The notes: generated by a model not told the origin, from the letters alone. A stretch of DNA of 64,000 nucleotides from Myxococcota bacterium (GCA_036337435.1 JAYZEG010000062.1:32001-96000); one strand, 5' to 3'; shown: positions 48,123-59,194, counted from the first letter of the stretch. Program-made: numbers and translations.

Positions 48123-48968
48123 CTAATGACCGAAGGGATCACCTTGGGTCAGTCTTGGCTGTGCGCAGCGACAAATCTGATCGAGTTCGCGGGTGTGGCA
48201 GGTCTGTCGTTCCTGATGTTCGCATGTATCTCGCGCATCATCCCATGCGCCTAGACACCAGGAGCCGTTGGCCGCACAAATTTCGTCGCAGGTCCGGAAG
48301 TTAGGTGTTTCAACTCTGAATTCACAAAATGGGACCGTATTATCGCCATGCTCGTCACTCTCACCACAAAATGGGGTTGCCGGAAACATGCCACAATTGA
48401 GGCTTGGCTCTAGACTGGGTGTATTGAAGACGGGTTCGTTCGAAATGCATTGACCGGATATACATTGTCCGGTGTCACAGGGTGTGCCATCGGATGCGTA
48501 TTCAATACTTGGCGTCAGGCCGTCTGTGCAGCCCACAATGGTGCTGCACGGTCCCACGGTCTTCAGCACGACGTCTCTTGACGTGATTGGGCAAAAGTCC
48601 ACGCTTGCATGGTCGGCGCATCGGCCATTGGTGTGACACGCGGTCAGTTGAGTCTCGTAATTTAAGTTCAAACAGCTTTGTTCCTGTCCATCCTCTATCA
48701 GGATGAACTGGTCGAGTGCCGAACAATTGACCTGTGGACAACTCCGATCCAATAGGGGGATGCGAAACTGTCCCTTTTCATCGCAGACCGAACACGTCCC
48801 AAGCTTTTCCCCGGGGGTACACAGGGCATCGAAAGGCTGGTCTTGGACTGGATATAATTCCCCATGAGTCGCTATTTTAGGGTGCTGGTTTTCGGTGGGT
48901 GTGCTCAGGTTGTCGCTGCACCCCGACACCGCGAAGACGATGACGAGATGTGAAATAGACAACTTCAT
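48123..48968 (-). CDS. Cys-rich lipoprotein of unknown function
   Basis: Lipobox AVSGC; more than 20 Cys, including DGTPC..G.C..G.C and TCDEIC...CLGAW...ICRC. Confidence 0.75.
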   Translation of the reverse strand: MKLSISHLVIVFAVSGCSDNLSTPTENQHPKIATHGELYPVQDQPFDALCTPGEKLGTCSVCDEKGQFRIPLLDRSCPQVNCSALDQFILIEDGQEQSCLNLNYETQLTACHTNGRCADHASVDFCPITSRDVVLKTVGPCSTIVGCTDGLTPSIEYASDGTPCDTGQCISGQCISNEPVFNTPSLEPSLNCGMFPATPFCGESDEHGDNTVPFCEFRVETPNFRTCDEICAANGSWCLGAWDDARDTCEHQERQTCHTRELDQICRCAQPRLTQGDPFGH

Positions 48969-48997
48969 ACTCAAGAGAGTACCTCAGCGACTTCAAT

Positions 48998-49070
48998 CTG
49001 TCATACTTTTGTTTCAATTCTGTCACAATTGAAAAGATCGCCGACTGGTTCGTTGGCGATCCACTGTCAT
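48998..49070 (+). promoter_or_regulatory. Pho-box (PhoB/OmpR-type) 11-bp repeat array
   Basis: CTGTCAT-ACTT-TTGTTTC-AATT-CTGTCAC (48998-49026), plus another CTGTCAT at 49064, which is 44 nt (4 x 11) after the third unit. Confidence 0.7.
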
Positions 49071-49190
49071 GGTCGGGTGCTATTGGAGCTGTGACTCATA
49101 CGCCCCTGGAATCCTCATCCAGCCATGGCGGCGTGACTCATCCGTCGCTGTTCTTACCCTGTAATTTTGATTTCTTAGAGCCTTCGGACC

Positions 49191-50453
49191 TTGACCCGCT
49201 GGTCCGACCAGTGCAGGTTGCATAGGGTGAATGCAGACAGAAACCATTCGAACGAAAGTACCCAATGGGCCCATGCGGTGATCGTCAGTGGGTCTTTTAA
49301 ATCAGGGTATTCCTACCAGGAGAATGTCTGGGCTGAGTCTCTGTCACGGATGGGCTGGACAGTGACAGTTCTTTGCCCAAAAGGGCGGTCTCAATCTAGT
49401 GATCAGTCGGCAATTGAATTCATTGAGGTGGCGAGTTACGGACTCGAACGTCGGCAACTGCTTTTAGAGACGGATGTCGCGCGGCATATTGTCTCTCTTA
49501 GACCAGATTGTATTCTCTGGTTTGGGCCACCCCAGTTATTCGGTTTGTCGATGGCACGAGAGTTGGCTGTCAAGGCCATCCCCACAGCCATCTTCATGGG
49601 CCAAAACAGTCGTATGCAGACATTTGACTGGCGAACAAAAGGACTTGGGCTTAAAGGTTGGCTCAAGGCGAGTGCCTACAGATATATTCGTGGCCCGGCC
49701 ATTCGAAAGGCCATCGACATTGCAGACTTAGTTGTCGCCAATACAGCCGAGACACCTCGCATCCTTGGTCTCTATGACGCGCCCACAAATTTCAGTCATA
49801 AATTAATGATGAAACCCCTCGGATTTGACCCTGATACATTCAAATACAACCCGCGCATCCGAACCAGGTCCCGGACAGACATGGGCCTCGCCGAGGATAG
49901 CCTGACCTTCTTACTCTCATCTCGATTTGCGGCGGAAAAAGAACTGTCGATTCAGCTGATATGGCACGCCTTTGAACGATTGGCTCAGACAAATGAACAC
50001 GTGCAGTTGATCGTTACGGGTCTCGACGACAAAGCCATCTCCAAGCGGTTTATCGCCCAGGTGGAGACAAGCTCAGTGTGCAATCAGGTCCATCTGCATT
50101 CATTCTTAGACCGCTCTGCGCTGGCGGGTGTCTATCATGCGGCCGATGTTGCTGTATTTGCAAGGCCTAGCATCTCCTGCCAAGAGACGCTTGGTGCCGG
50201 TGCTTTTGGTCTGTTTTCCGATGATGGGTCCATGGATTGGTTGCTCACCGATGATGAATGCGGTCAGACTTTCCCGCAGGCAGACGCAGACGCACTGCTG
50301 GGTCAGATGCTGGACCTTCAGGCCAACGCGGCTCGACTCTTGGACGAACGCCAGCGTATCAAACGTGCGGCCAAAGCATCTTTCTTAAGTTACGACCGAA
50401 TCATCGACGATGTTTTGACACGTCTGCAGCAGCAGTCATCGACGGATCATTAA
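49191..50453 (+). CDS. GT-B fold glycosyltransferase, GT4-like (start likely at GTG 49227 or later)
   Basis: GYSYQEN, G..VTV, ADLVVAN, PLGFDPDTF, SSRF..EK, YHAADVAVF...S.QE motifs. Confidence 0.8.
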   Translation: MTRWSDQCRLHRVNADRNHSNESTQWAHAVIVSGSFKSGYSYQENVWAESLSRMGWTVTVLCPKGRSQSSDQSAIEFIEVASYGLERRQLLLETDVARHIVSLRPDCILWFGPPQLFGLSMARELAVKAIPTAIFMGQNSRMQTFDWRTKGLGLKGWLKASAYRYIRGPAIRKAIDIADLVVANTAETPRILGLYDAPTNFSHKLMMKPLGFDPDTFKYNPRIRTRSRTDMGLAEDSLTFLLSSRFAAEKELSIQLIWHAFERLAQTNEHVQLIVTGLDDKAISKRFIAQVETSSVCNQVHLHSFLDRSALAGVYHAADVAVFARPSISCQETLGAGAFGLFSDDGSMDWLLTDDECGQTFPQADADALLGQMLDLQANAARLLDERQRIKRAAKASFLSYDRIIDDVLTRLQQQSSTDH

Positions 50454-51952
50454 CCGTCTTGCTCGTTGCTGTGTTGTAGAGCCTCATATTGTTTTTTCCA
50501 ACGCGTCTGCTCTTTGCCGGACATGGGTTTGATGACGTTGATGGCATTGCGAAGCCTTGCTCTTGTTAAATCACGACCTAAAATGGCGAGCGTGTTGAAC
50601 AGTGGTGTCGAGTTCTTTTTGCCAGAAATAGCGATGAAGAGCGGGCCTAGAAAGACACGGAGCTTCAAGTCCATTAAGTCAGCCGTCTTTCTGAGTGCGC
50701 CGTTAATTGCCTCGCCCGTCCAGTCTGTCAGGCCATCGAGCGCCCACAAGCTGTAGCATAGGACTCGGCGCACGTCGTCTTGTTCGAGACCCTTGCTCTC
50801 TAATGAGTCTGCTGTGACATCCACAAGGCCTTCTAAGAACAGGGACGCATGGCCAGGGAGGTCTGACCATTTATTGATCCGTGGGCGCACCAAAGGAATG
50901 ACGGCCTTTAGATAATCCCGATTAACAGCCCATTTGACCACTCGGTCCATAAATTCATCGTCTGATAATTCATCGCGAATCCATGTGCCGTTGAGCCAAT
51001 CCAGTTTTGTGACATCGAAGATAGGCCCGCCCAAAGAAATCCGCTCCAAAGTGAAATGTTCGATCATCGTCGACAGATCGAACTGCTCACTTTCATCGGG
51101 CATGGACCACGCCATACGACCCAAATAATTGAGTAGGGCCTCGGGCAAATAGCCCATCCGCTGGTAGTATAGAATGCTGGTCGGGTTCTTTCGCTTGCTT
51201 AGCTTTGAGCGGTCCGGATTACGGAGTAATGGCAGGTGGCAGAGTGTCGGTGCCTCCCAGCCGAAGTACTTATAGAGCAACAAGTGCTTTGGTGCTGACG
51301 ATATCCACTCTTCGCCCCGTAAGACGTGAGTAATGCCCATGTGATGGTCGTCCACCACGTTTGCCAAATGATAGGTCGGCATACCATCAGACTTGAGCAG
51401 CACTTGCATGTCGACTTGGTCCCAGGCGATTTCAATGTCGCCGCGAAGCAAGTCATGGACGGTGCAGATGCCATCGGTCGGGACTCGCATTCTCACGACA
51501 AAAGGCTTACCCGATGAAGCCAGGGCATCGGATTCAGCCCGAGTGATTTCGGAGTAGGGATTCGGCATGGCCGTCTGGGCACCCGAGGCCTGGTGTTGTG
51601 CACGGACCTCAGCCAGTTCGGCCGGTGTCATAAAACATCGGAAAGCGTGGTCATCATCTAGAAGCTGCTGTGCGTACTTTTGATACAGCTCGCTGCGCTC
51701 ACTTTGTCGGTACGGACCACAAGGGCCACCAACGTCAGGGCCCTCGTCCCAGTTTAAGCCGACCCAGCGGAGGGCATCCATAATCATTTGTTCCGATGCC
51801 CGAGTGCTCCGGACTTGGTCTGTATCCTCGATGCGCAGGATAAATTCGCCGCCGTTGGCTTTTGCAAAACAATAGTTAAACAAGGCCACGTAGGCCGTGC
51901 CCACATGGGGATCACCTGTCGGCGATGGTGCAACTCGTGTTCTCACCGTCAT
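50450..51952 (-). CDS. gltX: Glutamate--tRNA ligase
   Basis: RVAPSPTGDPHVGT (HIGH), LRIEDTD, PYRQSER, PTYHLANVVDDH, KLSKR. Confidence 0.96.
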   Translation of the reverse strand: MTVRTRVAPSPTGDPHVGTAYVALFNYCFAKANGGEFILRIEDTDQVRSTRASEQMIMDALRWVGLNWDEGPDVGGPCGPYRQSERSELYQKYAQQLLDDDHAFRCFMTPAELAEVRAQHQASGAQTAMPNPYSEITRAESDALASSGKPFVVRMRVPTDGICTVHDLLRGDIEIAWDQVDMQVLLKSDGMPTYHLANVVDDHHMGITHVLRGEEWISSAPKHLLLYKYFGWEAPTLCHLPLLRNPDRSKLSKRKNPTSILYYQRMGYLPEALLNYLGRMAWSMPDESEQFDLSTMIEHFTLERISLGGPIFDVTKLDWLNGTWIRDELSDDEFMDRVVKWAVNRDYLKAVIPLVRPRINKWSDLPGHASLFLEGLVDVTADSLESKGLEQDDVRRVLCYSLWALDGLTDWTGEAINGALRKTADLMDLKLRVFLGPLFIAISGKKNSTPLFNTLAILGRDLTRARLRNAINVIKPMSGKEQTRWKKQYEALQHSNEQDG

Positions 51953-52126
51953 TTCAACACGCTCCATTGTCTAGAATCGCGGGCGATATTGCCTATCTCG
52001 GCGTCCAGGTGCAACTACAGAGTCGGGTCAGGCATTAAACTATTGGTCATTTTTGCCGATGAGCTATGTATAAAGCCTCGGACCAGCAATTTAGCGGTTG
52101 GGCAAGTAATATGGCAGTATGTAAGC

Positions 52127-52675
52127 ATGAACCGCTTAATCCACATCACATTGATTCTGCAGACGGTTGGTATCTGTGGCTTCCTCATCTGGATGGTCAT
52201 GCGTCCAACCGGGGCCGACCCGTCCCAGCCATTTGTTGAACTGCAAGCGTTCACAGACCGCTTTGGCCCAGACAAAGCAGTCAATGCGCTTGGCCCCAGC
52301 ATTTTTCAAAAAGCGGCGGCACTCTGCCGCAGAGAAGCATGCATTCAAGCGCGTTATGGTGGGAATCGCGGTCGTTGGTTGACGGTCACTGCGGCCAAAC
52401 AGCGAGACCCGTGTACAAGTTTTTCCCATGCACCGTGCGGTCGCACTGCCATTACACGGGAACTAAAGAAAGTCGTCGGTCGCATCAATCGTTGCGCTGT
52501 TGTCGGCAGCTTGAAGCGCAGTTCCGATGTACGGCTCCGGGTTGAATGCGATGGCGTTCAAGATTTTGTAACCGTCGAGAGGCGTGGACCGAACGGCTGG
52601 GCGATTGTCGGGGATGAACGTTATCCCGGTTTTCTACCACGCATTCATTCAGCGACTTTCAATCGGCCAAATTAG
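52127..52675 (+). CDS. Hypothetical protein with an N-terminal membrane anchor and several Cys
   Basis: ATG 52127 followed by a hydrophobic helix (LIHITLILQTVGICGFLIWMV). The longer ORF from 51788 overlaps gltX and was trimmed. Confidence 0.65.
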   Translation: MNRLIHITLILQTVGICGFLIWMVMRPTGADPSQPFVELQAFTDRFGPDKAVNALGPSIFQKAAALCRREACIQARYGGNRGRWLTVTAAKQRDPCTSFSHAPCGRTAITRELKKVVGRINRCAVVGSLKRSSDVRLRVECDGVQDFVTVERRGPNGWAIVGDERYPGFLPRIHSATFNRPN

Positions 52676-53014
52676 CTGCTGTATCTGCCCGAAGATGGTC
52701 TCCGCTCTTGGCATTTTGAAATCAGTCGTTTGGCAAGCACTTTGGCGGCTTCTAAACATCTAAAAGCTCACAAAAAACACAATCTTCACGTGCTTTGATG
52801 GGCAGATTTTTGTCTAAATAGCCCCATCTTGAGGACCCCAATACAAATCACACTTGCAATTTGAAGACCAAGTTCTATGGCTCTTTCTAACTGTATGTTT
52901 TTAATACCAATAGCTCATTCGATTCAGAATGTTTCCCAGCTTTTTCGACGAACAACAGTCATATTAAATAATAGAACTACATGTAAAAAAATATATTCTA
53001 ATGAAAGTTTGTTC

Positions 53015-53043
53015 TTTACATGCACCTACACAATATCTACTGT
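53015..53043 (+). promoter_or_regulatory. Sigma70-type promoter of nrdJ
   Basis: TTTACA, 17 nt, TACTGT, in an AT-rich region; overlaps NrdR box 1. Confidence 0.6.
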
Positions 53044-53075
53044 ATTCACATGAGGTTGGATACCACATATTGGGG
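53028..53075. promoter_or_regulatory. Tandem NrdR boxes
   Basis: ACACAATATCTACTGT (53028-43) and ATACCACATATTGGGG (53060-75) match acaCwAtATaTwGtgt, are 32 bp apart, and lie upstream of a ribonucleotide reductase gene. Confidence 0.85.
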
Positions 53076-53298
53076 CAGACGTAGGAAGAACAGAAAAATT
53101 GAGTATTCTCAAACACTTCTGATTTTTTTTGTAAAAGCCCTTGTATGGCCGGTTCCAAGCGGTTAAACACGACAAATGTCAGACTTTTGGCACCACCGTT
53201 TTTCGTTGGTTCTGGAAGCCCTGAACTACCATTCATTGTCGGTTTGTAACTAAAGAGACGTCCCGGGGCGAACGGGATAGGTGTATATAGGTGTGTCC

Positions 53299-56200
53299 AT
53301 GAGACTCAAAAGGCGATTTACGAAGGAATTATCTTCTCCTTACGAGAACTTAGAGTTCGAAGTACGAAAGAGCGAAATCAGAAATCCTGATGGTTCTATC
53401 GTATTCTTAAACGAACGAGTCGAAGTTCCATCGAGTTGGAGCCAAGTCGCGACGGATATTATCGCCCAGAAGTACTTTCGTAAGGCCGGCGTCCCGGCGT
53501 ACACGCGACCCGTTGTAGAGGACGGTGTACCTGAGTGGTTGTGGCGACACGAGCCAGATCAAAGCAAACTCAACGACCTGCCCGTCGAAGAGCGCTTTGG
53601 TGGCGAACATGATTCCCGGCAAGTTTTTGACCGACTGGCTGGTTGCTGGACCTATTGGGGATGGCAACATGGCTATTTTTCCGACGAAGAAAGTGCGCAG
53701 GTTTACTACGATGAAATGCGCTCAATGCTGGCCACACAAATGGCGGCACCCAATAGCCCTCAATGGTTTAACACAGGCTTACACTGGGCCTATGGAATCG
53801 CAGGGCCTGCGCAAGGTCACGCTTATTGTGATCACGAAACCGGTGAGACGCGGATGAGCGAAAACGCGTATGAGCGACCTCAGCCTCACGCATGCTTCAT
53901 TCAGTCCGTCGGCGATGACCTGGTCAATGAGGGGGGCATCATGGACCTGTGGGTTCGTGAAGCTCGCTTATTTAAGTTCGGGAGCGGCACGGGTACAAAC
54001 TTCAGCTCCTTGCGCGGCGAAAATGAACCCCTGACCGGTGGCGGTAAATCCAGTGGTCTGATGAGTTTCCTTCGAATTGGTGATCGTGCCGCTGGGGCCA
54101 TCAAGAGCGGTGGGACAACCAGGCGAGCTGCTAAGATGGTGACCCTTGACGTCGATCATCCTGACATCGAGCAATATATCGATTGGAAGCAGCGTGAAGA
54201 GCACAAGGTTGCAGCACTTGTCGCGGGCTCCAAAGCAACGCGGTATCACCTGACTCGCATCTTGGAAGCGACGCGGGTGGAGGTTGATGGTGATAGCCTA
54301 AACCCGAAGGACAACCTGGCCCTCCGAAAAGCCATTGGTGAAGCGAAGAAAGCCAACATCGTGCCAGCCTACATTCAACGAATTCTTCAGTTGGCCAAAC
54401 AAGGCATCACGGATATTGAATTCGATGAGTACGATGTCGATTGGCAATCAGAAGCCTACAGCACGGTCGGTGGTCAAAACAGCAATAACTCAGTGCGCTT
54501 GAGCGACGATTTCATGAACGCAGTCTGTGAGGATGAAGATTGGAATCTGATTCGCAGAACCGACGGCGAAATTGCAAAGACCGTCTCTGCCACGGGGCTC
54601 TGGGACCAGATCGCAAACGCGGCATGGTCGTGTGCTGACCCAGGTCTTCAATTCGATACGACCATCAATGATTGGCACACGTGTCCAAGTGCTGGGCGAA
54701 TCAACGCAAGTAATCCATGTTCCGAATACATGTTCTTGGACAACACGGCCTGTAATCTTGCATCAAGCAATTTGATGAAGTTCATGACCGATAACTACAC
54801 AAAGTTTGATGTAGACGCTTTCAAGCATGCGTGTCGTTTATGGACAATCACCCTTGAAATTTCCGTGGCCATGGCCCAGTTCCCGAGCGAGGAAATTGCT
54901 AAGTTAAGCTGGACATACCGTACGCTCGGTCTCGGTTATGCGAATCTCGGAACCATTCTCATGGTTATGGGGATTCCTTATGACTCGGTTAAGGCAACCA
55001 ACATTGCGGGTGCTATCACTGCAATTATGACCGCAACGAGCTATGAGACCAGTGCTGAATTGGCGGCGCATTTGGGGCCCTTTGCTGGCTATGAAGACAA
55101 TAAGAATGACATGCTCCGCGTCATTCGAAATCATCGTCGAGCGGCCTATGATGTTCCATCGACGGACTACGAGGGGCTCAACACAATACCCGTGGGCATT
55201 GACCCAGAGCATTGCCCAGAATACCTACTCAATGCCGCACGTAAGACTTGGGACCTCGCTTTGGAGAAAGGTGAGCGTTACGGCTTTAGGAACGCGCAGG
55301 TCTCTGTCATCGCACCGACCGGCACCATCGGGTTGGTTATGGATTGTGACACAACAGGTGTCGAACCCGACTTTGCACTGGTCAAATTTAAGAAACTTGC
55401 CGGTGGCGGATACTTCAAGATCATAAATCAATCAGTGCCTTTGGCTTTGAGTCGACTCGGGTATTCCGACGACCAGATTACGGCGATTGTCAATTACTGC
55501 AAAGGGGCTGGTACGCTGGATGGCTGTCCACATATAAACCCCGAAAAGCTCAAAGAGCACGGATTCGACGCTGACATGCTTCAGCGGATTGAAGGGTTGG
55601 CTGGCAGCGCATTCGACCTCAATATGGTCTTCAATCGGTTCACCTTCGGAGATCAGTACATTATCGACCGTCTCGGGATTCCAGAGCCGACAATCAATCG
55701 GCCCGATTTTGACTTGTTGTCATCCCTCGGGCTCACCAAGAAGCAAATCGCCGAAGCAAATGATTATGTTTGCGGTACGATGACTGTTGAAGGCGCGCCA
55801 GCCCTTAAAGAGAAAGATTTGGCGGTCTTTGACTGTGCCAACAAGTGTGGAAAGAACGGTAAGCGATTTATTCGTGCTGAGGCCCATATTGAAATGATGG
55901 CGTCAACCCAGCCGTTTATTAGTGGTGCGATCAGTAAGACCATTAATATGCCAAATGAGGCCAGCATTGAGGATGTTCAATCCGCATACATGTTGAGCTG
56001 GACCCGCGGCCTCAAGGCCAATGCCATTTATCGTGATGGCAGTAAATTAAGTCAGCCTTTGTCCGCCACAGTCTTCGATTTTGATGATCAAGACGACGCA
56101 TTGGAGAACGGAACTCAGTTGGAGTTGCCCGTTGCAGTCGACCAGCCTGCTGTCGCAGCTGCTCAAATTGCAGAAAAGGTGATCGTACGTTATCTCGCCC

Positions 56201-56994
56201 GACGCCGGAAGCTCCCTGGTCGCCGAAGTGGATACACACAGAAAGCATCTGTTGGTGGGCATAAAGTCTACTTGCGCACGGGTGAATATGAAGATGGAAC
56301 ATTGGGTGAAGTCTTTATCGACATGCACAAAGAGGGCGCGGCTTTCCGAAGCCTAATGAACTCTTTTGCAATCGCAGTTTCTCTGGGTCTTCAATACGGC
56401 GTACCCTTGGAAGAGTTTGTCGATGCTTTCATCTTCACGCGATTCGAGCCCAACGGCATGGTCATGGGTAACGATCGAATCAAGATGTCTACATCGGTCA
56501 TCGACTATATCTTCAGAGATTTGGCGGTGAATTACTTGGGTCGTAACGAGCTGGCCCAGGTCAGTGAAGAAGACTTGAGAGCCGATGCGGTCAATCAGCC
56601 GGAGCCAGAGCCTGAGTACACTGAAGAGGTGGTCGTACAAGAGCGTCGAGTTGCCAATAGTTCCCACGTCTATGACTTCGCGAACGGTCCTAATGGTGCC
56701 GATGAATCGATGGGCAATGAACCACAGGCATCCTCAGCCTTGATTGAGGCACCCTCTGGTTATGCGCCCAATCCGCCTCGGACAGAAAACATCACATTGG
56801 TTGAGTCGCTCAGTTCTGGTTCGGTGAACATCATGACAAGTGTCAACGGCAGCACGAGCGCGAAAGCCATACAAGTCGCAAAGCAGCAAGGCTTCGAAGG
56901 TGACCCATGTATGTCATGTGGAGCGATGATGCTGGTTCGCAACGGCACATGTTTGAAGTGTATGAATTGCGGAAGCACATCCGGTTGTAGCTGA
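53299..56994 (+). CDS. nrdJ: Class II (B12-dependent) ribonucleotide reductase with TSCPD domain and C-terminal Zn ribbon
   Basis: [54 protein letters not shown]-terminal CMSC...[11 protein letters not shown]. Confidence 0.96.
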   Translation: MRLKRRFTKELSSPYENLEFEVRKSEIRNPDGSIVFLNERVEVPSSWSQVATDIIAQKYFRKAGVPAYTRPVVEDGVPEWLWRHEPDQSKLNDLPVEERFGGEHDSRQVFDRLAGCWTYWGWQHGYFSDEESAQVYYDEMRSMLATQMAAPNSPQWFNTGLHWAYGIAGPAQGHAYCDHETGETRMSENAYERPQPHACFIQSVGDDLVNEGGIMDLWVREARLFKFGSGTGTNFSSLRGENEPLTGGGKSSGLMSFLRIGDRAAGAIKSGGTTRRAAKMVTLDVDHPDIEQYIDWKQREEHKVAALVAGSKATRYHLTRILEATRVEVDGDSLNPKDNLALRKAIGEAKKANIVPAYIQRILQLAKQGITDIEFDEYDVDWQSEAYSTVGGQNSNNSVRLSDDFMNAVCEDEDWNLIRRTDGEIAKTVSATGLWDQIANAAWSCADPGLQFDTTINDWHTCPSAGRINASNPCSEYMFLDNTACNLASSNLMKFMTDNYTKFDVDAFKHACRLWTITLEISVAMAQFPSEEIAKLSWTYRTLGLGYANLGTILMVMGIPYDSVKATNIAGAITAIMTATSYETSAELAAHLGPFAGYEDNKNDMLRVIRNHRRAAYDVPSTDYEGLNTIPVGIDPEHCPEYLLNAARKTWDLALEKGERYGFRNAQVSVIAPTGTIGLVMDCDTTGVEPDFALVKFKKLAGGGYFKIINQSVPLALSRLGYSDDQITAIVNYCKGAGTLDGCPHINPEKLKEHGFDADMLQRIEGLAGSAFDLNMVFNRFTFGDQYIIDRLGIPEPTINRPDFDLLSSLGLTKKQIAEANDYVCGTMTVEGAPALKEKDLAVFDCANKCGKNGKRFIRAEAHIEMMASTQPFISGAISKTINMPNEASIEDVQSAYMLSWTRGLKANAIYRDGSKLSQPLSATVFDFDDQDDALENGTQLELPVAVDQPAVAAAQIAEKVIVRYLARRRKLPGRRSGYTQKASVGGHKVYLRTGEYEDGTLGEVFIDMHKEGAAFRSLMNSFAIAVSLGLQYGVPLEEFVDAFIFTRFEPNGMVMGNDRIKMSTSVIDYIFRDLAVNYLGRNELAQVSEEDLRADAVNQPEPEPEYTEEVVVQERRVANSSHVYDFANGPNGADESMGNEPQASSALIEAPSGYAPNPPRTENITLVESLSSGSVNIMTSVNGSTSAKAIQVAKQQGFEGDPCMSCGAMMLVRNGTCLKCMNCGSTSGCS

Positions 56995-57004
56995 AAACTG
57001 ATCT

Positions 57005-57050
57005 AGGTCTCGCTCGATGAAAAGACGGGTGAGACCTGCCTCTTCTTTTC
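57005..57050 (+). terminator. Terminator of nrdJ
   Basis: 12-bp stem AGGTCTCGCTCG / CGGGTGAGACCT (with G-U pairs) followed by TCTTCTTTTC. Confidence 0.6.
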
Positions 57051-57056
57051 CGCCGT

Positions 57057-57599
57057 CTACTCTAAGAAATGGATGTGTTCTCCGATGGACGGGCGTTCAA
57101 TCGTCGGAACGTTCTTAGGCTCACCAAACCAAATGAAGCCGACAACCTTTTCTGCATCTGAGTCAATCTTGAGCAGCTCACAGATATCAGCGTGCTGGGT
57201 GAGGCTCCCTGTCGACCATTTGGAACCAAGCCCCTCGCCTTTAGCAGCCAACAGCATATTTTGAATCGCACAGCAGGTCGCTGCATAATCTTCTTGTTCT
57301 TGAAACGCGTTGTCTGAGCGTGTCTGAGTCACAACAACAAGCGCGGCTGGATTGATCAGTTTTGCCCGGACACGCTTTTTCATATTTTCCTCGGTCACGT
57401 TCTTCAATTTATAGGCAATCGGCAGCAGTGCCTGGCGCGTCTCAGGGCCGACGACAGTAAACCGCCAGGGCCAGGTGAATCTGTGATTTGGCGCCATATG
57501 CCCCGCGGCCAAAATTCGATTGAGGACTTCGGGATTGATTGTCGACGGATTGTAATTATGAACCGTTCGCCGTTGATTAATCGCATCGTAGATATTCAT
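57057..57599 (-). CDS. Nitroreductase family protein (YdjA-like)
   Basis: AI..RRTVH.Y, APNHRFTWPWRF, AIQNMLLAA..EGLGSKWST; AGGAG RBS. Confidence 0.9.
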   Translation of the reverse strand: MNIYDAINQRRTVHNYNPSTINPEVLNRILAAGHMAPNHRFTWPWRFTVVGPETRQALLPIAYKLKNVTEENMKKRVRAKLINPAALVVVTQTRSDNAFQEQEDYAATCCAIQNMLLAAKGEGLGSKWSTGSLTQHADICELLKIDSDAEKVVGFIWFGEPKNVPTIERPSIGEHIHFLE

Positions 57600-57815
57600 C
57601 ACGTTCTCCTTAACTGCTTAGAGGCGTAGAATGGCGTTTTCGATTCATATCTTCAAGTTGGCCATACGATGAAAAAAACGTGACCACCATCCACAGCCCT
57701 AAATCGGAAATAACCTTGGTTCAAGCCGTCTTGACCGCGCCGCCAAGGACGAACTAATCGAATTGAGCGATTAAATTCTATAGGGAATAGTACGGGTACA
57801 CCCCGGCGGTGTTGA

Positions 57816-57858
57816 GGAAAAGTGAAACTGGGATTTGATTGGTTACTCAAATCCCAGT
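57816..57858 (-). terminator. Terminator downstream of the Hsp20 gene
   Basis: Perfect 12-bp stem ACTGGGATTTGA / TCAAATCCCAGT followed on the minus strand by TTCACTTTTCC. Confidence 0.7.
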
Positions 57859-57933
57859 CCAGCCCGGTTTGTCATCGCCCTAAAAACAGTCGGCTACATC
57901 CATGGGCAAAATTATTTGGATGGCGTCTCGCGG

Positions 57934-58365
57934 TTACTGGTTAATGGGAATTTTCCTGACCTTATCCTCGGCTCGTTTCGGCAAGGTCACCGAGAGCAAG
58001 CCATGCTCGAGGGACGCGTTGATTTTATCTAAATCGACGGATTCAGGGACTCTGAGCACACGTCTGAAGGTCATGTTCCGGCGACTCACTACATGCGGCG
58101 TCTCTGGGCTTTCTTTTTCTGTCTCTCGGTCGGCCGTTATCCTTAAATTCTTGCCGTCTAAAGTGACGTCGACATGGCTCGAATGGAAGCCAGGCAGGTC
58201 CGCATGGAGGACGTAATGGTCATCGTTCTCATAAACATCGATGCCCTTATTCCCCGGGTTGCCAAAATATTTTTGTCCCGAGTCGCCAGTGAGATAGTCC
58301 AGGTGATTTTGGACAGCGCGACTGATGTGAAGTGATGGTGTAAGCGTTGTAAATCGAGTAAACAT
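57934..58365 (-). CDS. Small heat-shock protein (Hsp20/alpha-crystallin)
   Basis: DVYE....Y...ADLPG, L.I...R, F.R...VP..VD...I.A....GLL.VTLPK, C-terminal IPI motif; AGGAG RBS. Confidence 0.92.
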   Translation of the reverse strand: MFTRFTTLTPSLHISRAVQNHLDYLTGDSGQKYFGNPGNKGIDVYENDDHYVLHADLPGFHSSHVDVTLDGKNLRITADRETEKESPETPHVVSRRNMTFRRVLRVPESVDLDKINASLEHGLLSVTLPKRAEDKVRKIPINQ

Positions 58366-58699
58366 ACACGTCTCCTATTCGGTTATCGAAATCCGATAAA
58401 CGTTCTTTATCATTATGGTTTTTTGGTTTTTGTCGGCGCGTCCGCTGACATTTTAACGGATGTACACGGTCCGACTCACTGTCAAGTGATCAAACCAATA
58501 ATTTCTTCAATTATGGCTGTCTAGCCTCACAAAAACCAATGATGGAATACGTCATTGCTACAAAAAAACAGCAGTCTTTAAATAATCGTAAGAATCAAAC
58601 CCTATCCTTTTCTGTAGGGGATTGGGTGGACCTGCGTACTCAGTGACATCCTATATTTTAGGCTCGTGATTTCTCGCACCTTGGTGAGTTGGGGGTTTT

Positions 58700-59182
58700 T
58701 TGCGTTTGGTACACATCATTTTGCTCGCTGTTTTGGCGTCCAGTTTCGGCTGTTCCTCAGAATTAGATGACAGCAATATACCGGACTATCGAGACCCTAA
58801 ATCCGAGTTTGGACCCCCGGTGATGATGACTCAGGATGCGCCCAAAGGAGACGCACCGAATACCCCTCCTAAGATTGTAAGAGTCCGGTGGCAGTCGGCT
58901 GAAGATTGCAGCACCGACACCATCTCCCCGGTTCAGTTCGCCATCGAGGTCGACGGGGCCAGTGACCAAGCGACCGAGTTGATTTTTGACGGTGCGGTCA
59001 GTGGGTGTGATTCAGAGGCCAACCGCTTTGGCTCTATGATTAATGGACCTCGGGTTCGACTCAGCTGCCATCACGTTTCAGTCCATCGAGCCTTCTTGAC
59101 GGTTGTTGACCAGCAGGGTCGGGGCGATAGTCTGGCATTCCAATTTGGCCCCTGCAGTCGCGGCGTTATCGACACGCACTAG
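58700..59182 (+). CDS. Hypothetical lipoprotein
   Basis: Lipobox SSFGC, Pro-rich linker, NTPP.I Ig-like start. Confidence 0.65.
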   Translation: MRLVHIILLAVLASSFGCSSELDDSNIPDYRDPKSEFGPPVMMTQDAPKGDAPNTPPKIVRVRWQSAEDCSTDTISPVQFAIEVDGASDQATELIFDGAVSGCDSEANRFGSMINGPRVRLSCHHVSVHRAFLTVVDQQGRGDSLAFQFGPCSRGVIDTH

Positions 59183-59194
59183 ACGCCGGGCTTC

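Noticed and set aside
51788..52126. Upstream extension of the 295-aa ORF
   Set aside because: It overlaps the gltX start on the opposite strand; ATG 52127 directly precedes the membrane anchor.
53050..56994. Cobalamin riboswitch, intein or intron associated with nrdJ
   Set aside because: No B12-box motifs seen in the leader. The ORF is continuous with no intein splice or homing-endonuclease motifs, and its extra length is explained by the TSCPD domain and a low-complexity linker.
58440..58500. Heat-shock operator or promoter (CIRCE, HAIR, sigma32) upstream of Hsp20
   Set aside because: A TTGACA is present on the minus strand (58485-80), but there is no well-spaced -10 and no match to those inverted repeats.
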